Of a stretch of 64,000 bases of DNA, positions 55,707 to 64,000 are shown one piece after another. This stretch comes from Gammaproteobacteria bacterium (GTDB lineage Bacteria; Pseudomonadota; Gammaproteobacteria; Steroidobacterales; JABDKV01). The notes beneath the pieces were generated by a model, which saw only the letters and a program-made list of their open reading frames with translations, made no database searches and had not been told where the DNA came from. Within the stretch, counting starts at the first letter, position 1; each line of letters begins with the position of its first letter. The position numbers were made by a program, and so were the translations under genes. Where the stretch lies: the NCBI GenBank assembly GCA_013003425.1, contig JABDJB010000029.1, positions 20,387-84,386 of the forward strand, in the 5' to 3' direction.

Positions 55707-56315
55707 ATGGCCGCAACGACGCCCGAACATACTGTTCGTCTCGATGTCGACGATCCTATCTGGGAGCGTTTCTTTACAGTAGCCCCTCTGGTGCTGGTGG
55801 GCACAGTTGATAGCGACGGTGAACCAGACCTGGCGCCGAAGCATATGGTCACGCCACTGGGGTGGGATAACTACTTCGGTTTTGTGTGTACACCGGAGCA
55901 CACGACCTGGCGAAATATTGAAACAACAGAACGCTTCGCCATAAGTTACCCGCGTCCCGATCAACTCCTCTTTACCAGCCTGGCAGCTTCGCCACGCTGT
56001 AATGACAACAGCAAGCCCGTGCTATCAGCACTGGATACTTTTACCGCTCCTGACAGCGGAATGCCCTGCCTGTCAAATTCCTATTTGTGGCTGGAATGCT
56101 CGCTGCAGCAAATTGTTCCCGGGTTTGGCGAAAACGGACTGATTACGGGAAAAATCATCGCGGCTCATGCGGCCGAAAATGCCATGCTGCACTCAGATAT
56201 GAGCACTAACGCGCAGCTGGCCGAAGCGCCGCTGTTTGCCTACGTGCACCCCGGTCGTTTCGCTGTTATTGATTCGACGTTTTCATTTCCATTCCCGGCC
56301 GGCATGAAGAAATGA
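55707..56315 (+). CDS. Flavin-reductase-like (FMN-binding split-barrel) domain protein
   Basis: SD 'aggag' precedes ATG 55707. 'FFTVAPLVLVGTVDSDGEPDLAPKHMVTPLG' is a split-barrel pattern. Confidence 0.6.
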   Translation: MAATTPEHTVRLDVDDPIWERFFTVAPLVLVGTVDSDGEPDLAPKHMVTPLGWDNYFGFVCTPEHTTWRNIETTERFAISYPRPDQLLFTSLAASPRCNDNSKPVLSALDTFTAPDSGMPCLSNSYLWLECSLQQIVPGFGENGLITGKIIAAHAAENAMLHSDMSTNAQLAEAPLFAYVHPGRFAVIDSTFSFPFPAGMKK

Positions 56316-57469
56316 GCGCTGAGAACGGTCCGGCGCTGCTCTCACACCTGCGTGAACAAAAGCCACGCATGATCGAGTTCCTGCACGACCTGACCGTAAC
56401 AGAGTCCCCGTCATCGTCGCAGGATGCACTGCGGCTGGCCAGCGGCGTGCTGGCCAACCGTTTCGAGCAGCTCGGTTACCACACTTTGCGCGCAGCCTCG
56501 CTGCATTTGTATGCACGGCCACGCACCCGCCAACGCGAGCGGCCCGTGCAATTGCTTATCGGCCACTACGATACTGTGTGGCCACTCGGTACGCTGCACG
56601 AGATGCCCTTCTCGGTTGACGGCAGCATCGTACGCGGTCCGGGCGTATTCGACATGAAGGGCGGGTTGACGCAAATCTTTTTTGCGCTGGAAGCGCTGCA
56701 GACGCTGCAGCTCGAACCATCATTGACGCCAGTGATCTTCGTCAATGCCGACGAAGAAATTGGCAGCCGTACCTCGACACGCTACATCACCAAGCTGGCA
56801 AAACTGGCGCAGCGGGCGTACGTGCTGGAACCGTCGCTCGGTCCGGAAGGCAAGCTCAAAACCCGACGCAAGGGTATCGGCCGTTACACGATAACGGTAT
56901 TCGGCAAAGCGGCACACGCTGGCCTGGACCCGACCGGTGGCGCCAGCGCGATTCTCGAGCTGTCGCACCAGATCCAGTCGCTGTTTGCATTAAACGACCT
57001 CGAGCGCGGAATCACTGTCAACGTCGGTACCGTTGACGGCGGAGTGCAGCCCAATGTCATCGCACCACACAGCGAAGCAGTGGTTGATGTGCGCGTTGCG
57101 ACAGCCGAGGATGCTGAATACGTCGATAATGCGATCCGCAATCTCAAGCCGGCAACGGATGGCGTACGGGTTCATGCCGAAGGCGGTATCGGCCGCCCGG
57201 CTCTCGAGCAGACGCCCCGTAATCATGCTCTGCTGCAAATGGCGCGCCAGCTCGGCGCCGGCATCGGTCTCGACATCGAAGAGGGTATGGCCGGGGGCGG
57301 CTCGGATGGCAATACAACGAGCCTGTACACCGCCACGCTGGATGGGCTGGGCCCGGTCGGTGACGGCGCGCATGCCCGGCACGAATTTCTCGACATTGAC
57401 AAGACGATCGAGCGTGCCGCACTGCTGGCATTGCTGATCCAGGCCGGGCCCGAACTGCAAGAGGTGTGA
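56312..57469 (+). CDS. M20-family metallopeptidase (carboxypeptidase G2-like)
   Basis: 'LLIGHYDTVWP', 'GPGVFDMKGG', 'NADEEIGS' and 'GGGSDGN' are M20 metal-binding and catalytic motifs. The start overlaps the upstream stop (ATGA). Confidence 0.85.
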   Translation: MSAENGPALLSHLREQKPRMIEFLHDLTVTESPSSSQDALRLASGVLANRFEQLGYHTLRAASLHLYARPRTRQRERPVQLLIGHYDTVWPLGTLHEMPFSVDGSIVRGPGVFDMKGGLTQIFFALEALQTLQLEPSLTPVIFVNADEEIGSRTSTRYITKLAKLAQRAYVLEPSLGPEGKLKTRRKGIGRYTITVFGKAAHAGLDPTGGASAILELSHQIQSLFALNDLERGITVNVGTVDGGVQPNVIAPHSEAVVDVRVATAEDAEYVDNAIRNLKPATDGVRVHAEGGIGRPALEQTPRNHALLQMARQLGAGIGLDIEEGMAGGGSDGNTTSLYTATLDGLGPVGDGAHARHEFLDIDKTIERAALLALLIQAGPELQEV

Positions 57470-58497
57470 CCATGGAGCCACGCTACATCACAACCTCCCT
57501 CACCCGCATCGCAGACCTGGAGCAGGTGCCATTCACTGTCGAACCCTGCCCGCGTGAGCAATGGAGCGAAGGCGACTACACCGCCGTCAGGGTTAGCGGC
57601 GCCCCCACTGACCTGTATCGCCTTGAAACCTGCTCGGGCCGTCGCGTTGACGTGATGCCTGGCGACTACGCCATCAGCGCATTGGGCACCCGCGCCGCGA
57701 CGCTGGAAGGCGCCGGGACCTGGCGCGAGGTCGGCAAAGATAACGTGATGCACTCGCTCACCGGCGCCGGGCTGCTTGGAAAGATGACATCGGCATCGCG
57801 CATGCTGCCAAGGTTCATGACGGTCGACTATATCGGCCATATCGTACGCAATGGCGCACGATTGAATATGAAGGACTTTGTCAGCCCGGTCGAGGATGCC
57901 GTGCTGGCAGTTCCGGTAATCCTGCTGGTCGGCACATCGATGTCAGCCGGCAAGACATCTACCGGCCGTCTCATTATTCACGAGCTGAAACGCTGCGGCC
58001 TGCGCGTTGGCGGTGCAAAGTTTACCGGTGCCGCGCGCTATCACGACATCCTGTCGTTTGCCGACGCCGGTGCCGACCATATTCTCGACTTTGTCGATGT
58101 CGGCCTGCCGTCGACCGTCGTAAGTCCGAATGACTTCCGTCATTCGATGCAACAGATGATCGCGCGCGTGGCGGCGCTGGATATTGATGTGCTGGTTGCC
58201 GAGGCCGGCGCCTCACCGCTGGAACCCTACAACGGGGCTGTTGCAGTGGAAATGCTGCTTCCCTGCGTGAAGTTCACGGTGCTGTGTGCGTTTGATCCCT
58301 ACTCGGTGGTTGGCGTGATGAAGGCTTTTGGCCTGCAGCCCGACCTCGTTGCCGGCCCGGCTGCTGCGACTGCGGCAGCGGTCGACCTGGTCAGCGCGCT
58401 GACCGGACTGCCTGCGCTGGACAACCTTGACCCCGACGCCGGTGAACCGATGCAGCAGCACCTGCGCAAGGCGATACCGGAGTTGTTCAGCCGCTGA
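57466..58497 (+). CDS. P-loop protein, DUF1611-like (tentative)
   Basis: Walker-A-like 'LLVGTSMSAGKTSTG' in the C-terminal half. ~340 aa. The GTG start overlaps the M20 stop (GTGA); an alternative ATG is at 57472. Confidence 0.45.
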   Translation: MTMEPRYITTSLTRIADLEQVPFTVEPCPREQWSEGDYTAVRVSGAPTDLYRLETCSGRRVDVMPGDYAISALGTRAATLEGAGTWREVGKDNVMHSLTGAGLLGKMTSASRMLPRFMTVDYIGHIVRNGARLNMKDFVSPVEDAVLAVPVILLVGTSMSAGKTSTGRLIIHELKRCGLRVGGAKFTGAARYHDILSFADAGADHILDFVDVGLPSTVVSPNDFRHSMQQMIARVAALDIDVLVAEAGASPLEPYNGAVAVEMLLPCVKFTVLCAFDPYSVVGVMKAFGLQPDLVAGPAAATAAAVDLVSALTGLPALDNLDPDAGEPMQQHLRKAIPELFSR

Positions 58498-59545
58498 TGC
58501 CGGCCAGCAGCTCGTCGAGCCTGGCATTGACCTCGCTGACGGTGATCAGATCCATCGCTTCCGGGTTACGCACCCTTGTGCCCCAGCGCAGGTCCTCTAC
58601 CTTTTTGCCGAACTCTGCCGCGACTGCCTGCGGGTACTTGTCTACTACCCACTGGCGGCTGAGGTAAGGGCCGGTGCGGCCGGGATTCGAGGTTGCGTAC
58701 AGACCAATAACCGGAGTCCCGGCAGCAGTCGCCATATGCGCAGGACCTGAATCCGGGCACAACACAGCCTGCGCCCGCTCCAGCAATGCCAGCAGCTGCT
58801 TCAACGACGTCTTGCCCACGAGGTTCGAGATGTTTGCAGGATCAGCTGCGCACATCTGCCTGCCGTAGTCATGTTCCAGTTCGGTGTTGCCGCCGCTGAC
58901 CGCCACCTGCATGCCATAACGACCGATCGCATGCCGGGCGACTTCGATGTACCGGTCAACATGCCAGTTGCGAAAGTTGCGTAGCCGCTGGCTGCTGCAG
59001 GGACTGATCACCAGCAACGGGCGATCGTTATCGACCATTGCCGCCATTGCTGCCCGGTCTGCCGTGCTGACAGGTATTTCCCAGCGCAGATCCCGATCAG
59101 TTATTCCCAGATGCTCGGCAAACCCGAACAGGCCATCGAGCACGTGCTGGCGGGGACGTTGTGCAATCCGTTCATTGGTGAAAATCCACTGACGGTCACG
59201 GGCGCGGGAGCGGTCAAAACCCAGCCGGCGCGGCGACTTCACCAGCAGGCTGACCAGGTTGGCACGCATGGAGGCATGCATGTGCAGCAGCAGATCGAAG
59301 CGCCGCCCCTGCAGCTTGCGTCGTAGCGCCGCGTAACCGCGCCAACCGGCGCCCTTGTCCAGCACTACAAACTCGATACCCGGTATATCCCCCACCAGCG
59401 AGGCTTCGACTTTGCCCACAATCCAGGTCAGCCTGGCCTGCGGCCAGGCTCGACGCAGCGTGTTGACCACCGGCACCACGTGGCAACAGTCGCCGATGGC
59501 TGACAGCCGGAGGATGCATATTTCTTTTGGTACGGTGGCTGCCAT
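58487..59545 (-). CDS. Glycosyltransferase family 9 (LPS heptosyltransferase-like)
   Basis: 'ICILRLSAIGDCCHVVPVVNTLRRAWPQARLTWIV' and 'CPDSGPAHMATAAGTPVIGLY' are GT9 hallmarks. Confidence 0.85.
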   Translation of the reverse strand: MAATVPKEICILRLSAIGDCCHVVPVVNTLRRAWPQARLTWIVGKVEASLVGDIPGIEFVVLDKGAGWRGYAALRRKLQGRRFDLLLHMHASMRANLVSLLVKSPRRLGFDRSRARDRQWIFTNERIAQRPRQHVLDGLFGFAEHLGITDRDLRWEIPVSTADRAAMAAMVDNDRPLLVISPCSSQRLRNFRNWHVDRYIEVARHAIGRYGMQVAVSGGNTELEHDYGRQMCAADPANISNLVGKTSLKQLLALLERAQAVLCPDSGPAHMATAAGTPVIGLYATSNPGRTGPYLSRQWVVDKYPQAVAAEFGKKVEDLRWGTRVRNPEAMDLITVSEVNARLDELLAGISG

Positions 59546-59638
59546 AGGAACCCCTGCGTCCGGTAGCCTACGTGCACCGGGCCGCTGACGCCACACCGGC
59601 TGATGTGAAAACCAACCGTGGTGGGCTATTCTAGCCGG

Positions 59639-60223
59639 ATGTCACATCGCACCGAACACCTGCCGGAGGTATCCGGACTGCGCCACGTCGTGCGCGAAAT
59701 GCGTCACAAGGAATCAGCGCGTCAGATACTGGGCTTCGTATTTGTCCTGCTTGTAACGGCGCTGGGAACACCACAACTGCCGCTGGCCTACGCCGGGATA
59801 CCCCTGATCCTCGCCGGGGTGGTCGTTCGTATGTGGGCGTCCGGTCACATCATGAAAAACAGCGTGCTGGCCACCAATGGCCCGTATTCGCTGGTACGTC
59901 ACCCACTTTACACCGGCAATATCCTGCTGCTCGTCGGTTTTGCAATTGTCGCCTCACAACTCTGGGGTTACCTGCTGCTGGCAGCTTTCCTGCTGTTCTA
60001 TTACCCGACCGCAATCCGCTACGAAGACTACAAGCTCGAGCAGCTGTTTGCCGATCAATGGCGTGCGTGGTCTGCCAATACTCCTGCACTGCTGCCGCGC
60101 CGGTTGTGGTCTAAAGACATCACGAATGCCGAATGGTCGCTGATAAATTCGATGGATCGCAACAAGGAACCGGTTATCGCCATCGTTTTGCTGACCTGTC
60201 TCGTCGTTCTGTTCCTGAAATAA
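59639..60223 (+). CDS. ICMT/PEMT-family membrane methyltransferase
   Basis: 'LATNGPYSLVRHPLYTGNILLLVGFAI' is the family signature. 4-5 TM. Confidence 0.75.
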   Translation: MSHRTEHLPEVSGLRHVVREMRHKESARQILGFVFVLLVTALGTPQLPLAYAGIPLILAGVVVRMWASGHIMKNSVLATNGPYSLVRHPLYTGNILLLVGFAIVASQLWGYLLLAAFLLFYYPTAIRYEDYKLEQLFADQWRAWSANTPALLPRRLWSKDITNAEWSLINSMDRNKEPVIAIVLLTCLVVLFLK

Positions 60224-60226
60224 GAC

Positions 60227-60928
60227 GTGTCGCTATCGCAGGAAGTTTCCCGGCTGACTTCGACGCAGATCGAAGAGCTGATTGCACAATCAGCCGACAT
60301 TGACCAGCCCGAATCCGGCTACCAGGGCTCGGTCTGCATTGTGCATGTCGCCGGTCAACCACTGGTTGTTAAATCGACCGCCGGCCAGGGCGCGCTGTCG
60401 CGACTGCGCCGTCATATGCTGGGTAATGAGTTCAGGGTTTACCAGAAGCTGGCCGGTGTTCCAGGCATTCCGCAGTGCCATGGACTGGTGGACGGACAAT
60501 ATCTGCTGTTGCAACACATCGAAGGCACAGCTTTTCGTGAAATTGAATTCACCACGGACGATGACGTGCATGACAAGCTGCTGCGCCTGATCGAGAACCT
60601 GCACAGCAACCACGTGGCACATGCCGACCTGAAGCGTCGCGACAACCTGATTCTGCGGCGCGACGGGGAGCCCTACCTGGTCGATTTTGGCACCGCTATC
60701 GTCCGCAAGCCCGGTTTTCGCCCGGTCAATCACCTGCTGTTCCGCATTGCCCGCCAGCTTGATTATCACGGCTGGTACAAGAACAAGTACCGCGACCGCG
60801 ATGCGCCACGCGACCCGGCGGATGCGCAGTACTACAAGCCGATGCGAACCGAGCGCGCCGCGCGCTGGGTGCGGCGGGTATTCCGGCGACCGCTCGAGGC
60901 ATTACGAGAGCGGCTGGCGCCCCGCTGA
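60227..60928 (+). CDS. Lipopolysaccharide kinase (Kdo/WaaP)-family / RIO-like protein kinase
   Basis: 'VKS' Lys region. Catalytic loop 'HADLKRRDNLIL' and 'LVDFGTA' (DFG). GTG start 4 nt after the upstream stop. Confidence 0.7.
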   Translation: MSLSQEVSRLTSTQIEELIAQSADIDQPESGYQGSVCIVHVAGQPLVVKSTAGQGALSRLRRHMLGNEFRVYQKLAGVPGIPQCHGLVDGQYLLLQHIEGTAFREIEFTTDDDVHDKLLRLIENLHSNHVAHADLKRRDNLILRRDGEPYLVDFGTAIVRKPGFRPVNHLLFRIARQLDYHGWYKNKYRDRDAPRDPADAQYYKPMRTERAARWVRRVFRRPLEALRERLAPR

Positions 60929-61843
60929 TCAGGCCAGCCGGTCGCGGGTCCAAAGGTACTGCGACGGATCGCGCCGAATGTACTCTTCCAGCAGGTCATT
61001 GATGCGTTTCTGGTCGGCCACCCGGTCGCCCGAAGGGATGCCCTCCATCGCCGGCAGTATCTCTATCTTGTAACGGCCGCCGGGCAGCCGCTGTGGTATG
61101 TAGGGAACTATCCTGGCACCGGTCATCGCCGACAGGTCAATTGCACCACTGTGAAACAGCGTCGGCACGCCAAAAAACGGCAGCTCGATACAGCGTTTAC
61201 CGCGCCGGACTATAAGGTCGCCGGCGAAGAAAACCACTTCTTTCTGCCGCAGCCGGCGCGCCACCCGGCGCAGGTCCTGCCTGTCGATGAGCTCTTTCAC
61301 CACCCGACTGCGTGAACGCCGCGTAAACTCGTCGGCCAGAGGGTTCTTCCGGTAAGGACGATAAACGACAATCAGGTCCGGAAACTGATGACACATTACG
61401 AAGCCGCATGACTCAACCGTGGTGAAGTGAAAGCTCAGTAGCAGTACGCCGTGCCCCTGCGCCCGGGCTGCGGCGATGTGCTCGAGCCCGGTTATGCTGT
61501 AACGGCGCAGCAACTTCTCATGCGGCGTCCACCAGGTGTACGGCACCTCGGTTATGGTCATACCCAGCGACATGAAGCTGCGCTTTTCCAGCTCACAACG
61601 CTGCGCTTCCGACAGATCCGAAAAATACGCATCGATGTTTCGCCGCACGATGCGGCGTGGTTTTGCGGCAAAACGCCAGGTCAACCAGCCCATCACACGC
61701 CCAACCCACATCTGCACAGCAAAAGGCAGGATTAACAGGGACCGCAGGAATGCGAGCCCGGCAAGTGTCAACCAGAAACGAAGGCCGGAACTGCGCGCAT
61801 AACCGCGCCAGCGCTTCAGCCGCTGACGCAGCGTGTCGTCCAT
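60929..61843 (-). CDS. Lipid A biosynthesis (Kdo)2-lipid IVA acyltransferase family protein (LpxL/HtrB-like)
   Basis: N-terminal TM. 'VLLLSFHFTTVE' is the H(X)4[D/E] acyltransferase motif. ~300 aa from ATG 61843. Confidence 0.75.
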   Translation of the reverse strand: MDDTLRQRLKRWRGYARSSGLRFWLTLAGLAFLRSLLILPFAVQMWVGRVMGWLTWRFAAKPRRIVRRNIDAYFSDLSEAQRCELEKRSFMSLGMTITEVPYTWWTPHEKLLRRYSITGLEHIAAARAQGHGVLLLSFHFTTVESCGFVMCHQFPDLIVVYRPYRKNPLADEFTRRSRSRVVKELIDRQDLRRVARRLRQKEVVFFAGDLIVRRGKRCIELPFFGVPTLFHSGAIDLSAMTGARIVPYIPQRLPGGRYKIEILPAMEGIPSGDRVADQKRINDLLEEYIRRDPSQYLWTRDRLA

Positions 61844-61928
61844 TGATTCAGAGTTGTCAGTCTGGCTCGACAAACTGTGCTCCTTCAGCGTGTATGAGGG
61901 CAGATCGCCAATGCAACCGAGGCACAAA

Positions 61929-62612
61929 TCAATACAGGCTGCACTGCTGCAATCCGCCGATGGTTTGTCGCAGGTCGGTTGCAAGATTCAACTGCAGATC
62001 CTGCGGATGAATGGACACGCGCAGCCTTCCCCTCGCTGCCAGCAGACGATTGCACGTGTTGGACAGCCGGACGAAGGCGGCACGAAAAGCGGTATCCGCC
62101 TCGTACCCGAGCAGCGGCACACGGTCGAAGTGACCGGTCTGGCTATCGTAAATGCCGCTGAGCGTTTCGTAGCGGGCAAATGGCAGTTTGTTCAGGTAAC
62201 GCCGCGAAATCCCACCCATCGCCCAGGCCGGCGGTACGTAGAGTTGCGGTGGCTCGAGATTAGCTTCTGCGAACCAGTCAAAACAGCGACTGATCAGCGC
62301 AGCAATTCCGGATTCATCCAGTGCAAGGTGCTCAGCGACACCGCGGGAAAAAAACGCGCGGTGCAGCCGGTCATAAATACCGCGCGGCGGCCCGGCACGA
62401 TGCGCCCAGCCGTGACCGGCCAGCTGGTCACCACGCGCCTGCCGCGATCGCAGCCACTCGACTTGCTGGTCTGACCAGCTTGCGCCTGGCACAACGAGGT
62501 AAGTAAGCGGGGCGATATCTTCATCGTCAAGCCAGTCCGCTATGTCACGTACCGCATGCATGGTTTGCGGCATGACGTCATGCACCGAGACCAGCGCGAC
62601 CGGCTCAGCCAT
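61929..62612 (-). CDS. Polysaccharide-deacetylase-like protein (DUF2334-like)
   Basis: 'LVSVHDVMPQT...LVVPG...GHGWAH' pattern. The start overlaps the stop of the upstream GT gene by 8 nt. Confidence 0.6.
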   Translation of the reverse strand: MAEPVALVSVHDVMPQTMHAVRDIADWLDDEDIAPLTYLVVPGASWSDQQVEWLRSRQARGDQLAGHGWAHRAGPPRGIYDRLHRAFFSRGVAEHLALDESGIAALISRCFDWFAEANLEPPQLYVPPAWAMGGISRRYLNKLPFARYETLSGIYDSQTGHFDRVPLLGYEADTAFRAAFVRLSNTCNRLLAARGRLRVSIHPQDLQLNLATDLRQTIGGLQQCSLY

Positions 62613-63732
62613 GTTCCACGGTCCGGCCGGCAGCGGGCATCAGCACTTTTATCCAGTGATTGACAGTCCATTCATTCAGCGCCAGCGCGGCCTGCCGACC
62701 CAGTTCGGCTTTTTGTCGCCGCAGCGCGGGATCCAGGCTGGCAACACGCGCAATAGCGGCATGCAGCTCCTCATCGGCACCAATGCGGAACAGACCAGGA
62801 CTCAGCTGCGGCCACTGGGTAATGCCGCAGTCCGCTGAAACCAGCACGGTGCGGCCGCGGGTCATGGCCTCAAGTGCAATCGTGCCGAAGGACTCGACCT
62901 GCGACGGCAGCACCAGCATATCGCCATCATCGATCACTTGCGGCATCTGCTCACGTGCTACCCAGCCCGCATACGTCAGGTTTTCCATACGGCCGGCTGC
63001 CGCTGCAACCAGTTCATGCTGTGGTCCGTCGCCGACTATCCTGAAACATATTTGCGGCAGCGCTGCGGCAGCGGCAATCACGTGCTCAATGTTCTTCTCC
63101 GCCGCGAGCCGCCCGGCAAAAACTACCGTCTGCAGCTTTTCCCGCAACGGCGAAACCGGTCGTTGCACGAAAGGATGCGCAATGGTCGTGCCCATTAGCT
63201 CCGGGTCACGCGCACCGATGCGGCGCGCTATTTCTACCATTTCCCCGGAGTTGGCCAACACCTTGCCCGCATGCCTGAACATCATGCGATGCATACCCTC
63301 GAGGTAACGCCTGAACAGGCGTCCGGTATAGCGGGAATCTTTCCAATACAGGTCGGTGAGTTTCTCAAAATGCGTGTGGAAGCCAAACACAACGGGCAAA
63401 TCGTGCTTTCGTGCCAGCCGCAAACCGATCAGTCCATACGGCGCCGGAGTGGACAACACGATCGCGTGCGGCTGCAACTCTGCAAAGCGCCGATAAATCT
63501 CACGCGGATTGGGGATACAGACTTTCTGCGTCGCATCACCAGGTAGCGGCAGGCGGATCGGGTCTCGCCAGCCATCCGGGGTGACTTGCGGGCAGAACAG
63601 CTCGACACGCTCAATCCTGTCGGCAAGATGATCGCAGAGATCCTTGTAATAGGTACCAACACCGTTACGGTCCGGCACCGCATCGGAGAAAAAAGCGGCA
63701 CGCAGTGTCGCGCTGCTCTGCGGGCTGTTCAT
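62605..63732 (-). CDS. Glycosyltransferase family 4 (GT-B, group 1)
   Basis: 'GVGTYYKDL' in the N-terminal domain. 'LVLPSQVESFGTIALEAMTRGRTVLVS' is the E(X)7E motif region. Confidence 0.85.
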   Translation of the reverse strand: MNSPQSSATLRAAFFSDAVPDRNGVGTYYKDLCDHLADRIERVELFCPQVTPDGWRDPIRLPLPGDATQKVCIPNPREIYRRFAELQPHAIVLSTPAPYGLIGLRLARKHDLPVVFGFHTHFEKLTDLYWKDSRYTGRLFRRYLEGMHRMMFRHAGKVLANSGEMVEIARRIGARDPELMGTTIAHPFVQRPVSPLREKLQTVVFAGRLAAEKNIEHVIAAAAALPQICFRIVGDGPQHELVAAAAGRMENLTYAGWVAREQMPQVIDDGDMLVLPSQVESFGTIALEAMTRGRTVLVSADCGITQWPQLSPGLFRIGADEELHAAIARVASLDPALRRQKAELGRQAALALNEWTVNHWIKVLMPAAGRTVEHG

Positions 63733-64000
63733 GAAAAAGTCTCGCTGTTGGCACGCTCGTAGTCGAGCCCTGCCGTGCTGTGTTCAAACCGTTCCCGCAG
63801 AGTTTTCGCATCGAGGCCAAATTCGCCCAGGTTGTAGCGATGTCCGCTTGTATACTGGCGTGCAGAACTACCCATTTGTTCAAGTTGGCCACGAAACTGA
63901 TCGTTCAGTTCAATATCCAGACTGGTGTAGATGGCCTCCACGCTTGCCTCCAACTCTGTCTGGAACTGTCGCATCGTCACCCACTCGCGCTGCAGGTCGG
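63729..64000 (-). CDS. Hypothetical protein, C-terminal part only (5' end outside window)
   Basis: The frame stays open to the window edge, and the stop overlaps the start of the GT4 gene (ATGA). I recognised no motif. Confidence 0.5.
   Translation of the reverse strand, partial: DLQREWVTMRQFQTELEASVEAIYTSLDIELNDQFRGQLEQMGSSARQYTSGHRYNLGEFGLDAKTLRERFEHSTAGLDYERANSETFS

Noticed and set aside
57223-57840. 205-aa minus-strand ORF spanning the M20/P-loop gene junction
   Set aside because: It is antisense to two translationally coupled genes with clear motifs. It is a shadow ORF.

Overview
GC-rich chromosomal segment that looks gammaproteobacterial, judged from REP-type extragenic palindromes and from AbgT, RhlE, Hsp20 and LPS-core genes; this placement is inference only. 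I support about 50 protein-coding genes on both strands. I recognised no rRNA, tRNA, CRISPR, transposase, integrase or phage genes. The dominant theme is the cell envelope and surface. (1) Four secreted proteins carry PEP-CTERM-type C-terminal sorting tags (2879..3556, 17063..17749, 53784..54290, and a VPLPA-like variant at 28873..29460). Alongside them are a PrsT-like ~930-aa TPR lipoprotein (18041..20833) and an ORF with an internal GlyGly-CTERM-like tag fused to an OMP barrel (25155..27305). No exosortase or rhombosortase gene is in the window. (2) A ~12.5-kb minus-strand operon (53295 down to 40758) is my best candidate for an undescribed system. It encodes two small secreted paralogs, a 1928-aa protein (Ig-like/DUF11-like modules, an embedded OmpA-like domain, a very large C-terminal beta-barrel), a FecR-like protein, a Cache/HAMP histidine kinase and two tandem REC-GGDEF cyclases. 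A third REC-GGDEF paralog lies nearby. (3) Two large secreted multidomain proteins carry CXXCH motifs (3693..5369 and 21672..24704). (4) An LPS-core/lipid-A type cluster occupies 58487..64000. The remaining genes are housekeeping, transport or stress functions. Intergenic DNA holds a composite repeat family (a conserved ~55-bp head plus REP units, once as a 39-bp tandem array), a GGGACAGTACATGTA palindrome family, one ~79-bp hairpin and a polypurine tract. It also holds candidate sigma-54 promoters upstream of two PEP-CTERM genes and a sigma-32-like promoter upstream of hsp20. All family assignments come from reading motifs in the translations; no database search was run.
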